Assembly: GCA_038204755.1 (NCBI GenBank)
Contig: JBBRCO010000002.1
Location: 8,404 to 72,403, forward strand
Direction: 5' to 3'
DNA from: Verrucomicrobiales bacterium
Lineage (GTDB): Bacteria; Verrucomicrobiota; Verrucomicrobiia; Verrucomicrobiales; Akkermansiaceae
Length of the DNA stretch: 64,000 bases
Numbering within the stretch: the stretch's first letter is position 1; each line of letters starts with the position of its first letter. A program made the position numbers and the translations under genes. The notes under the pieces were generated by a model, which saw only the letters and a program-made list of their open reading frames with translations, was not told where the DNA came from and ran no database searches. Of this stretch, positions 40,201-48,791 are shown in pieces.

Positions 40201-41141
40201 ACGAGCGCGGTGCCGTGCTGGACCAGGTCAACGCGCTGGCGAAGAGGGGCGGAAGAATCCCGCAGACACCGATCATATTCGAAGGAAACGCCCCGGCTGA
40301 CATCCGCGATCATGCGGAACTCCATGCGCTGCTGCGCAGCCACCCCACCACGCGTCCGGCCAAGGCCCGCGCATGGCTGGGAGCGCCGAATTCGATCAAA
40401 GGCCCGACGGAAGCACTGTTCCAACGCCAGAGCGGCAGTCACTTGTTAGCGATCGGCCAGTCGGCGGAACGGACCAGGACGCTGCTCGCCGTCAGCCTGG
40501 TCTCGCTGGCCGCGCAATACCCGCCGGGGGAGGTGGAGTTTGTCGTGCTCGATCCTCACGCGAACGATGCCGGCGAAGGTGGGGTTTTCCAACGGCTCGC
40601 CATCATCCTGCCGCACCGCATCCGCGTCGGCGGGCCGGACGTGGTCGCGCCGCTGATGGCGGAGATTTCTGCGGAGCTGACAGCGCGCGGGCCGAAGCTG
40701 GGCAAGGATGCAGCGGAGGTTTTCCTGATTGTGCACGACCTCCAGCGTTTCAAGAGTCTGCGACCCGATGACGAGTTCCGTTTCTCGATGGACGACGATG
40801 CTTCGGCCGGAGCCAGTCCGTCACAAGCATTCGCGAACCTGCTGGACGAAGGCGGCCCGGTGGGCATGCACGTCATTGCGGCGACCGATACATGGAACAA
40901 CGTCAGTCGCTGGATCCCGCGCAAGCTGATGGCGGAATTTGAAATGCGCGTGCTCTTCCAGATGAGCGCCAACGATTCCTCGAACCTCATTGATTCTCCC
41001 GCCGCGACCTCACTTGGTCTGCACCGCGCGCTGTTCCACAACGAGCACTTCGCCACCCTGGAGACCTTCCGGCCGTATGCGATGCCGGACGACGCGTGGT
41101 TTGATGAAATCGCCGCTTTGTTCCCTGTGAATGCTCGTTAG
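37254..41141 (+). CDS. FtsK/SpoIIIE (EccC/EssC-like) membrane ATPase
   Basis: Coiled coil + 2 TM; Walker A GKTGSGKS, Walker B LIIDEFQ, RQGRAFGIH; degenerate flanking ATPase-like domains. Confidence 0.9.
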   Translation: MQTATESTDLRTVLGELGHLKSAIASVTADEAALFKKQAQALVAVRHEMTRREETDAGKLNRRLQEIAVIQKDSVARAEAETEARQARVHEAYHSSRTSLAQSQQETKDRRIGQVQGSIMRNRQVRQRELDVAKTAHQEFLTILEGDRGVRRELRRSVLSVFRSFRPLVADKFEGTRFKVPAVDAPATPEATREELLKTHDEARAAYASAQALPLARFFRFVPLTALAAVIGGIHLWYALRPGGGGLAAAMPSFLIAEGLLIGIWSTALLLSQPTIRRAATLLATARLLETEAGKKSAARLAALEAEIQSEQAQEGRGLSETFRESDADWKTRLSEGQRKLDRQLARIPARLGILHQRKLAKIAAAYDGALALAQQEAAALAEETHLARVNANSEIESQRDAAIDDLSAPWQGGVLPLLEKLHSLDSASRSRFPQWTADFCEKWTPPEESPGAVRIGSIIVDAAKLAGGLPHDPRFALADSGGFRVPFSLGFPDQASLMIESGEGAALALNAIPLRLLASHPPGRASFVFIDPVGLGKDFAGLMHLADYEESLINHRIWTQSTQIEERLVELNEHIEKVIQMYLRNEYATIEEYNKQAGTIAEKYRFLVIAGFPAGFSDTSMKRLLSIASSGARCGVYLLIHRDTRQPLPDVALNDELQRACIRLLLKEGVFHLAGAAAGADVVMIEAAPSDEDSTTLIHRIGRSSIDSNRVQVPFSHIAPPAEDYWKSETSEELRVPIGRTGAKKLQMLAIGKGTRQHVLVAGKTGSGKSTLFHVIITNLALYCSPEQVEFYLVDFKKGVEFKCYATKHLPHARVIAIESDREFALSVLQRVDAELKRRGELFRKAGSQDLAGYKRTPGHEPLPRSLLIIDEFQEFFTEDDAVAQEASLLLDRIVRQGRAFGIHVILGSQTLGGAYTLARATLGQMVIRIALQCNEADAHLIMDDDNPAPRLLTRPGEGIYNDQAGAFAANSPFQIVWLPEDERGAVLDQVNALAKRGGRIPQTPIIFEGNAPADIRDHAELHALLRSHPTTRPAKARAWLGAPNSIKGPTEALFQRQSGSHLLAIGQSAERTRTLLAVSLVSLAAQYPPGEVEFVVLDPHANDAGEGGVFQRLAIILPHRIRVGGPDVVAPLMAEISAELTARGPKLGKDAAEVFLIVHDLQRFKSLRPDDEFRFSMDDDASAGASPSQAFANLLDEGGPVGMHVIAATDTWNNVSRWIPRKLMAEFEMRVLFQMSANDSSNLIDSPAATSLGLHRALFHNEHFATLETFRPYAMPDDAWFDEIAALFPVNAR

Positions 41142-42127
41142 GCCGCGCTGGCGGGGGCCTGGATGAGAAGGCAGTCTTCGAGGAAGGGCTGGAGCGGGTG
41201 GAGAAGGGCGGAGCCTTCCTTTTGAAATTGCTCGCGGAATCGGTCCTCAATGCGGCGCAGCGAGAATTCCAGATCGGCGATGACGAGTTCGTTCGGGCGG
41301 CCGCGGACGACGGCGACGAGGGTGACGAATTTACCTTGGTGGGAAATGACGTTGCGCTGGTCCGGCAGATCGAAGGCGGTTCGGATTTTCCCATCCTCGT
41401 CGCGGAGCTGGAGGGCGATGCGTTGCACCGTGCTGCCGATGCGTTTCGCGGAGGAATGGCGTGCGGGATCGCAACTGGCGAAGGACACGAGCGCGAGGCT
41501 GGCGGCATCGACGAGGAAAACTTCCTCCACTTGAAAGCGATGGGTTTTCTCAAAGAGGATGTCTTCGTAAGTGCGGCTGGTGAAAAGCGCCTGCAGGTGC
41601 CAGACGAAGCGGTCAAACGCGCCGGGCGCATGGAATGGACGCGAGGCCGGAGAATACTCGGCGAGGGCGCGGCGGATGGTGGCCCGCAGCATGGGCTCCA
41701 GATAGGTATCGATGCCGTTTTCCTTGGCGTAAACCGCCTTGCGGACGGCGTCCTCGACGATGGGGCCGAACGCCTGGCGAAGATCGTCGTCAGTAAAATC
41801 CGGTTCATTTGAAACTACCGTTTTCCCCGCGATAAACGGTGTGACCGGCGTATTTTGAGCGGTTCGATTCACCGGCAGCGGGCTGACTGGGGCGGGGCTG
41901 GCGGTGGCCGAGGGCAGCACCGCGAGCGGCGATGGCCAGGAGGTGGGAAACGCCGGGGCCGCTGGCGCCGGCCCGCTGGGCCATGCCGGGAGGGAGGCCA
42001 GAGCCGGGTGGGTTGTTTGCGTTTCCTGAGGCGATGGAAAGGGCAGGGTATTCCACGTTTTCGGCGGATTGCCGTGGGTTGGAATTCCCGGATTCGGGCT
42101 GGGGAGGGGGGAGAGAACGGCGGTCAT
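41138..42127 (-). CDS. Hypothetical protein: Pro-rich N-terminus plus conserved 'F.VEEVFL' domain
   Basis: Long ORF coupled to the upstream gene (TGATG overlap). Confidence 0.65.
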   Translation of the reverse strand: MTAVLSPLPSPNPGIPTHGNPPKTWNTLPFPSPQETQTTHPALASLPAWPSGPAPAAPAFPTSWPSPLAVLPSATASPAPVSPLPVNRTAQNTPVTPFIAGKTVVSNEPDFTDDDLRQAFGPIVEDAVRKAVYAKENGIDTYLEPMLRATIRRALAEYSPASRPFHAPGAFDRFVWHLQALFTSRTYEDILFEKTHRFQVEEVFLVDAASLALVSFASCDPARHSSAKRIGSTVQRIALQLRDEDGKIRTAFDLPDQRNVISHQGKFVTLVAVVRGRPNELVIADLEFSLRRIEDRFREQFQKEGSALLHPLQPFLEDCLLIQAPASAA

Positions 42128-42741
42128 CAGTGGGTGGCGAAGCCGGGGCCGGTGGTGGAAGGGGAGGCGCACTCGGCGAGGGCGCGGGCGGCGGTGGCGA
42201 TGCGGCTGAAGCGTTCTTCAATCGCATCGCGGTCCATCATGCGGCTTTGGAGGCGCGTGATCTGGGATTCGGTGCTTTCCCAGAGGGTGGCCACTTCGTC
42301 GCGTAACTGGTTGGCGATGCGGTGGTCGCGGTTGTTAAGCTGGCCGTGGAAGGAGGTCTGCCAGTCGGCGAGCCAAGTGCCGATCTTGCGTTCGAGTTGA
42401 TTGACCGCCGGTTGGGTGGACTCGCTGGATTTCATCGCCGCGACCTGCTGGATCTGGGCGGCTAGGCGCTGGGTTTCTTCGCGGCATTGGAAAAGCCGCT
42501 GTTCGGTGACTTCACGGGTGGAATCGACGAGGCGGGTGACGTTTTCCTGAAGTGCTTCCAGGCGGGCTTCGCTGGCGAAAAGCCGGTCCTCCAGGTGAGG
42601 GGACGCGGCGAAAGGTGCGCCTCCGCCGGTTTCGAGGCGTAAGACACGTTGCTCAAGACGTTCGAGATGGCGTCCGACGATGATTTCGCGGATCCTTTCG
42701 ACAGCCTGAGAGGGATTGAGTGGGGATTGGGTGGTTGACAT
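42127..42741 (-). CDS. Coiled-coil hypothetical protein ('VERIREII.G' N-terminal motif)
   Basis: Amphipathic helical ORF. Confidence 0.65.
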   Translation of the reverse strand: MSTTQSPLNPSQAVERIREIIVGRHLERLEQRVLRLETGGGAPFAASPHLEDRLFASEARLEALQENVTRLVDSTREVTEQRLFQCREETQRLAAQIQQVAAMKSSESTQPAVNQLERKIGTWLADWQTSFHGQLNNRDHRIANQLRDEVATLWESTESQITRLQSRMMDRDAIEERFSRIATAARALAECASPSTTGPGFATH

Positions 42742-42973
42742 GCTCGTTCCGTGGGGGGAGTCGGCGATGGGTGAGATCGCGGACACGGTTGAGTGAGGTG
42801 AGAACGGGACGATAGAACAACCCGGTGGGAAATGTAAATAACATCCATGATCCTTCGGTTTTGGCGATGGTTTGAAGGTCTTTACGAAACTTTTTAAAAC
42901 TGATAATCAGGCGGTTGTGAAAAAAATGATTCGGTGAAAGACAGCGGGCGGGGAATGAGGTAAACAGTCCTTA

Positions 42974-43645
42974 ATGTCTGAGGACGAGGAAGAAAAAAAC
43001 GAGGGACGCGAGGCGATTCTTGGCCAAGCCTATGCCAAAACCCGCAAGAGCCTGATCGCCCGGCTGGACAATTGGGAGGACCAGCGGACATGGGATGAGT
43101 TCTATCAAACCTACTGGCGGTTGATCTACTCGGTGGCCGTGAAAGCCGGTTTGCGCCAGGACGAGGCGTTCGATTGCGTGCAGGAAACGATCCTCTCCAT
43201 CGCCAAGCAGAGCAAAAAGAAGCTTTACGATCCCGAACAAGGTTCCTTCAAAACCTGGCTGATGAACATGACCCGCTGGCGCATCAACGACCAGTTCCGC
43301 AAGCGGAAGAAGGACACGGCGATGTTGGCGGGCGAGTGGGAAAATGACCGGAAAACGGCGGTGATCGACCGTGTGGAGGACCCGAACGGTGATGTCCTTT
43401 CCCGACTCTGGAATGTGGAATGGAAAAAAAACGTGGCCGATGCCGCTCTCTCCCGGGTGAAGGCCCAGGTTTCTCCGAAGCAATATCAGATTTTCGATTG
43501 TTATGTGATCAAACAATGGGACGCCAAGCGCGTGCAAGACCAGTTGAACGTCAGCATGGCACAGGTTTATTTGGCGAAACACCGCGTGGGTGCGGTGTTG
43601 AAACGGGAACTCGCCAAGCTCGAAGACGAAGACGATGCCGATTAA
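42974..43645 (+). CDS. ECF sigma-70 factor
   Basis: W.EF...Y..LI, A.D.VQE, GSFKTWL, region 4 'S.AQVYLAK.RV'. Confidence 0.9.
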   Translation: MSEDEEEKNEGREAILGQAYAKTRKSLIARLDNWEDQRTWDEFYQTYWRLIYSVAVKAGLRQDEAFDCVQETILSIAKQSKKKLYDPEQGSFKTWLMNMTRWRINDQFRKRKKDTAMLAGEWENDRKTAVIDRVEDPNGDVLSRLWNVEWKKNVADAALSRVKAQVSPKQYQIFDCYVIKQWDAKRVQDQLNVSMAQVYLAKHRVGAVLKRELAKLEDEDDAD

Positions 43646-46190
43646 GATCCGCCCGAATCCAGTAGTCCCCGACCACGAGGTTCTGCGAAAAATCGGCGGC
43701 GGGGCGTATGGGGAAGTGTGGTTGGCCCGCGGAGTGACGGGTGCCTTGCGGGCGGTGAAAGTCGTCTGGCGTGAGGATTTCGAGGACGAGCGCGGATTCG
43801 AACGGGAGTTCGAGGGGATTTTGAAATTCGAGCCAATGTCGCGGGACCACCCGGCGTTGGTGAATATCCTGCACGTCGGTCGCAGTCCGGACGGAGTTTC
43901 GTTTTACTACTATGTGATGGAACTGGGAGACGATATGACGTCGGGCCAGGACATCAATCCTATCGAATACCAACCGCGCACACTCAGGGCGGACAATCAT
44001 CAGGCGACCGGGGTGCAATGGGACACCAACGAGTGCATCGATGTGGGGCTCCGATTGTCGGAAGCACTCGATCACCTCCACGAGCGGGGACTCGCGCACC
44101 GCGACGTGAAACCATCTAACGTGATTTTCGTCAATGGCCGGGCGAAACTGGCGGACATCGGTCTGGTGGCAACGCGCGGCCAGCGGACCTTCGTCGGCAC
44201 CGAGGGGTTTGTGCCACCCGAAGGGCCGGGCTCGGCACAGGCGGATGTTTATAGTCTGGGGAAGGTGCTCTATGAAATCGCCACGGGGAAGGACCGGTTG
44301 TCGTTTCCCGAACTGCCGGAGGAGATGCCGACGGGCGTCGATAAAAAGCGCTGGCTGGAGCTGAACAAAATCATCTGCGACATTTGTGAACCGCGGATAT
44401 CCAAACGGAAAATCTCCACCGCCGCTGATCTAGCAGACGCGCTGCGGCGCTTGCAGCGCGGAAAACGCCGGCGTCAGACCGGACTGGCCGTGTGGGTGAC
44501 CACACTTATTCTAGCAGGCTTCATCGGCTGGACGGGCTGGGCGATGCTCAGGGACAGCGAGTGGGTGACCATGTGGCAGACGCCGCCTTTGCAGCAGCCG
44601 CTGCCGACGCCGACGGGGATGCTGCGGGTGGTCAGCGCACCGGAAGGAGCTGAAGTCACGGACGCAGATGACAACCACGTAGGCTACACGAACACGCCGA
44701 TCCTAACGGCCAAGGTAGGGGATGGATTTCATTTCACCATCCGCAAGAAGGGCTTCCGCGAGCTGCGCCTGGAAGGCAAGGTGCCGGCCTCATCCGTCAG
44801 CGAGCCGCTGGTGATATCCGGCACGCTGGAGAACTTCACCCCGCCATTTGTGGGAGAGCCGTGGAACGATCATTTCGGCAATACCTATCAGCCGGTGGGA
44901 GACGAGCACGTGAGCTCCGGCTACATGCCCAAGTGGGTCTGGGCGCAGTATCTGAAAGCCACCAAGAGGCAGTCCGAATCGCTGGAGTCGGTGAAGTTCT
45001 CCCGCAACGGGACGGAATCCGAAATCGCCCTGGTTTCCAATGATGAAGCGAACGCCTTCTGCGGGTGGTTCCGCAACGGAGGAAACCGCGCTGGCTATCT
45101 GACAGACGACCACGAGGTCTTCGCCATGCGCGAGACATCGTTCGATAGTCCCGGTCTCAGCGAGCGCGCCCGCAAGAACGACCTGAAGCCGTTCCGCGTC
45201 ATGGTCCGCCAGATCAACTACGGCGCGATCAATCTCACCAGCAATCCGCCGGGTGCCGACGTCTATCTGAACAACACTTCCGTCGGAAACACCAACGGCG
45301 CGCTGCTGATACCCAAGGTGAAACCGGGAAAAGTGGACCTGTTGTTTGTGCTCGAAGGCTACAAGCCGCTGTCCAAGCAGATCATGGTGAAGGAGGGCGA
45401 TACGTTTGCGGAGAACGTAACGCTGAAAAAAAGCGAGGGAGTGGTTTTCGGAAAACCTTGGGAAAACGGCATTCAGATGCGTTTTGCTCCCGTCGGGCCA
45501 GACCTGATGGCCTCCATCTGGGAGACCCGGGTGTGCGACTACGATCTCTTCGTGAAGGGAACCGGTCGCAAGTCCGCGCCGCGTCCCGATTATCCGCAGA
45601 GCCCGGATCACCCTGTCGTCCACGTCACCCGTGAGGATGCCCAGGAGTTCTGCAAATGGCTGACCACGCGCGAGATCAAGGAGGAGCGGATCGCGGACAA
45701 GACCCACATCTATCGGCTGCCTACCGATCTGGAATGGAGCATGATGGCCGGGCTCCAGGAAGAGGAGGGGATCAGTCCCGGCTGGCGGGATGCCCGCAAG
45801 CAGCGCGTCTATCCGTGGGGTGCCAATTGGCCGAAGGAAGGTGCTGTCGGAAATTTCGCGGACGTGACCACCTCGCGGATTGCCGGCATTTCCAGTGAAC
45901 AGACGATTTCCAACTACGATGATGGTTTCGCCTACGCAGCTCCGGTAGGCTCGTTTCCGCCGAACGCCTACGGCCTCTACGACCTCAGCGGCAACGTTCA
46001 GGAATGGGTGGGCGACGAGTATTCCAAACTGGGAACCAACGCCCTCGGCGTGCTCCGCGGCGGCGGCTGGAATACCTATCAGCTCGAAAATCTCTTCACC
46101 GGATCCCGCAACGCCGTGCCACCGACGTTTCAGGACTGGATCTACGGATTCCGCATCGTGCTTGCAAAGGTGCCGCTGAAAGCCGAGTGA
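43635..46190 (+). CDS. Membrane Ser/Thr kinase with PEGA and FGE-sulfatase (SUMF1)-like domains
   Basis: GGGAYGEV, AVK, HRDVKPSN, DIG, GTEGF.PPE; TM; S.P.GA.V x2; RLPT..EW, GLYDLSGNV.EW, RGG.W. Confidence 0.92.
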   Translation: MPIKIRPNPVVPDHEVLRKIGGGAYGEVWLARGVTGALRAVKVVWREDFEDERGFEREFEGILKFEPMSRDHPALVNILHVGRSPDGVSFYYYVMELGDDMTSGQDINPIEYQPRTLRADNHQATGVQWDTNECIDVGLRLSEALDHLHERGLAHRDVKPSNVIFVNGRAKLADIGLVATRGQRTFVGTEGFVPPEGPGSAQADVYSLGKVLYEIATGKDRLSFPELPEEMPTGVDKKRWLELNKIICDICEPRISKRKISTAADLADALRRLQRGKRRRQTGLAVWVTTLILAGFIGWTGWAMLRDSEWVTMWQTPPLQQPLPTPTGMLRVVSAPEGAEVTDADDNHVGYTNTPILTAKVGDGFHFTIRKKGFRELRLEGKVPASSVSEPLVISGTLENFTPPFVGEPWNDHFGNTYQPVGDEHVSSGYMPKWVWAQYLKATKRQSESLESVKFSRNGTESEIALVSNDEANAFCGWFRNGGNRAGYLTDDHEVFAMRETSFDSPGLSERARKNDLKPFRVMVRQINYGAINLTSNPPGADVYLNNTSVGNTNGALLIPKVKPGKVDLLFVLEGYKPLSKQIMVKEGDTFAENVTLKKSEGVVFGKPWENGIQMRFAPVGPDLMASIWETRVCDYDLFVKGTGRKSAPRPDYPQSPDHPVVHVTREDAQEFCKWLTTREIKEERIADKTHIYRLPTDLEWSMMAGLQEEEGISPGWRDARKQRVYPWGANWPKEGAVGNFADVTTSRIAGISSEQTISNYDDGFAYAAPVGSFPPNAYGLYDLSGNVQEWVGDEYSKLGTNALGVLRGGGWNTYQLENLFTGSRNAVPPTFQDWIYGFRIVLAKVPLKAE

Positions 46191-46227
46191 GGCGCCGCCC
46201 CACGGCTCGCTTCAAAACACTAAGATC

Positions 46228-46641
46228 ATGGTTGAAATCAAACTGTCCTACGAAGGCGACCTGCATTGCAGCGCCGTCCACACGCCCTCCGGAAACGTGC
46301 TCGTCACCGATGCACCGGTGGATAACAACGGCCGCGGCCAAGCGTTTTCGCCGACCGATCTGCTCGCCACTGCGCTGGGTTCCTGCATGGCGACGGTCAT
46401 CGGCATTGTTGCGAAGAGGAAGGAAATCGCCGTCGAAGGGATGGTCGTGACCGTCCGAAAATTCATGTCGGACGACCAGCCCCGCCGTGTGAAACGCCTG
46501 GAACTCGATCTCATCATGCCGCTCTCCGCGACCCACCCGGACCGCAAGTTGCTAGAAAGCGCCGCCCGCGGTTGCCCGGTGCACCATAGCATCCACCCTG
46601 ATATCGAAGTGGTGATGAACTGGATCTGGCAGGAGGGCTGA
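46228..46641 (+). CDS. OsmC family protein
   Basis: TDAP.DN.G....FSPTDL...LG.C, CPV. Confidence 0.9.
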   Translation: MVEIKLSYEGDLHCSAVHTPSGNVLVTDAPVDNNGRGQAFSPTDLLATALGSCMATVIGIVAKRKEIAVEGMVVTVRKFMSDDQPRRVKRLELDLIMPLSATHPDRKLLESAARGCPVHHSIHPDIEVVMNWIWQEG

Positions 46642-46642
46642 G

Positions 46643-48622
46643 TCAGGGAGCGTAAACTTCCAGCTCCGACAAGAAGGCGAAATTGGTGCCATATACGTCC
46701 TGGGCCGGATGCTGGTCGATGAAGGTGGCCCTGACGAAGCGGGCCTTTGTCGGCTCGAACCTGTCCGTCGCACCGAACGCGGTTTTCGCAGGAAACTCGT
46801 CGCGGCCCACTTCGGAGAACGTCTTTCCATCCTCGCTGATGGAGATGGCGACTGTTTTGGTGGCACCGATGTCAGGTGTACCGTAGTTGATGAGATGGAT
46901 GGTCTGCGCCTTCCCGAGGTCCACGGTGACGAATTTCGGAAACGTCTCGCTTTCGTCGGTGGCGTAGCAGCCGGGCGAGCTACTGCCCCAGACGCCGTCG
47001 GTCAGGCCGCCGTCCCAGCCGTGACTGTTGGGGTGGCTTGATAGAATCGGTTTCCCGCCGGACACCTTGCGGCCGAGCGTGGGATCGGACGGCCAATGGG
47101 TGTTGAAGGCGGCGGCGGGCAGACGCTCCTTGTTGGTCAGGTTCGGCTCGGCGATCTGGGACCAAGCAAAACGCGCGCGGTCGGGATGGGACACCGCTTG
47201 AGCGGAGAGCATGAGGGTTTTGGCATCTGACGAAATTTCCGCATTGGCCGGCTGCCACTCGCCATCAATGCCGGCAATTTCAAACAGGGTGGGGGACTTG
47301 CCATCTCGCGTGACCAGGCCCCCGCCGGTGTGGTCAAAGTGGATCTCAATGCCGGAGCGGGTCACCCTGTAGGCGGAAAACAAGGGGCCGGATTTCACGA
47401 TGTCCTCTTTCCCGTAGGTATCGGCGAGTGCCCACAGCGCAAGCCTGCGGGCGACTTCCGATTTTTGGTCCGGATGGATGTCCTTCACGTTGCCGATGTC
47501 ATTAATCACCGCCATGCCGGTATGCGGGATTTTGAGGGCTTCCTGCTGGGCCCTCCAGATGCCGGGTAGATCGGAATTGCGGTTATCCCCGTAATGATAG
47601 GGAGCCAGTTGCACGAACAGGAAGGGCGCGTCGGCGGCACGGAACTGTTTGCGCCAACCGGCGATGAGTGCCTGCATTTTCGTGGTGTAGAGCATGCCCT
47701 CGCCGTTGTTGGACTCGCCCTGATACCAGATGAAGCCCTGCAAGGCGAAGGGAACCAGCGGGTGGATCATTGCCTGATAGGTCCCGGCTTCCTCGGTGTG
47801 GCCGAGCTTGAGCTTCTGCGGCTCGGTAGGCATTTCGGGGGCCGGCTTTCCAGCGTCGAGTGCCTTGTCCGCCAGTTTCGACCATTCGCCGACGGCGGTG
47901 ACATACCTGCGGTAAGACCGGTCGTATTCGGGAAATCCGGGGCTTTTGGAAAGTCGCGTCGCCCGCAACCGAGCGAAATCTTCGATGCCTTCCAGCCCCT
48001 CCTCGGCCCACCACGGCTCGATCCGCGATCCGCCCCACGAGCTGTGAATCATGCCCACAGGCACCTTGAGCTCCTCCGTCAGCTTTTTCCCGAAAAAGTA
48101 AGCGACTGCGGAAAACCCCTTCGCCGTCTCCAGAGTGGCGGGCAGCCATTTTGAGTCCACGGTTTCCTGCCGAACGTTGTCGAGAACGCGCGGTACGTCG
48201 AACAATCGGAGCAGGGGGACAGCGGCTGCGGCCATTTCCTGGTCCCCTTCGCACGTTTGGTTCACGGCAAACTGCATGTTCGACTGTCCGCTGCCGATCC
48301 AGACCTCGCCGACCAGCAAATCCTTCACTTCCACGGGCGGCGCGTCCACCTCGGAGGCGGTCAGGATCCGTCCTTGCACGCTGGTGTGCAAGGCATCGAG
48401 AGTCACCTGCCAGCGTCCGGCGGGATCGGTGATCGTGGATTTCTTCTGTCCTGCGAAGGTGACGGTGACCCGTTTTCCCGCTTCCGCGTGCCCCCAGACC
48501 GGCACCGGCTTATCCCTTTGAAGCACCGCGTGGTCCTGAAACAGCGGGGCAAGGGTCACCCTCGCGGATATGGGTTGCACGACCATCAGCAGCACGAGCC
48601 ACCGGTAACTGGTTTTCGTCAT
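46643..48622 (-). CDS. Sialate O-acetylesterase (SASA) with C-terminal discoidin/F5/8-like domain
   Basis: GEVW..SGQSNM, WGGS.IE.W, WYQGESN, DIHP..K. Confidence 0.9.
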   Translation of the reverse strand: MTKTSYRWLVLLMVVQPISARVTLAPLFQDHAVLQRDKPVPVWGHAEAGKRVTVTFAGQKKSTITDPAGRWQVTLDALHTSVQGRILTASEVDAPPVEVKDLLVGEVWIGSGQSNMQFAVNQTCEGDQEMAAAAVPLLRLFDVPRVLDNVRQETVDSKWLPATLETAKGFSAVAYFFGKKLTEELKVPVGMIHSSWGGSRIEPWWAEEGLEGIEDFARLRATRLSKSPGFPEYDRSYRRYVTAVGEWSKLADKALDAGKPAPEMPTEPQKLKLGHTEEAGTYQAMIHPLVPFALQGFIWYQGESNNGEGMLYTTKMQALIAGWRKQFRAADAPFLFVQLAPYHYGDNRNSDLPGIWRAQQEALKIPHTGMAVINDIGNVKDIHPDQKSEVARRLALWALADTYGKEDIVKSGPLFSAYRVTRSGIEIHFDHTGGGLVTRDGKSPTLFEIAGIDGEWQPANAEISSDAKTLMLSAQAVSHPDRARFAWSQIAEPNLTNKERLPAAAFNTHWPSDPTLGRKVSGGKPILSSHPNSHGWDGGLTDGVWGSSSPGCYATDESETFPKFVTVDLGKAQTIHLINYGTPDIGATKTVAISISEDGKTFSEVGRDEFPAKTAFGATDRFEPTKARFVRATFIDQHPAQDVYGTNFAFLSELEVYAP

Positions 48623-48791
48623 GATGTATCAATACTCGGCGTCTGCTGTGGGTCGAGCGAATCATCAGCGCAATTTTACCCAAACAGTTGCAAAGAATAC
48701 GCGGCAACAACCAAAAAAAAGTTGCGTTTCCGGTGGTTTGCACTCACTTTCTCGGCGAAACCTCATAAAACAAGGTAATTAACTAAGGATT

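Noticed and set aside
37254-41141. Cell-division DNA translocase FtsK
   Set aside because: No C-terminal gamma domain is recognisable; it has tandem ATPase-like domains and WXG100 neighbours.
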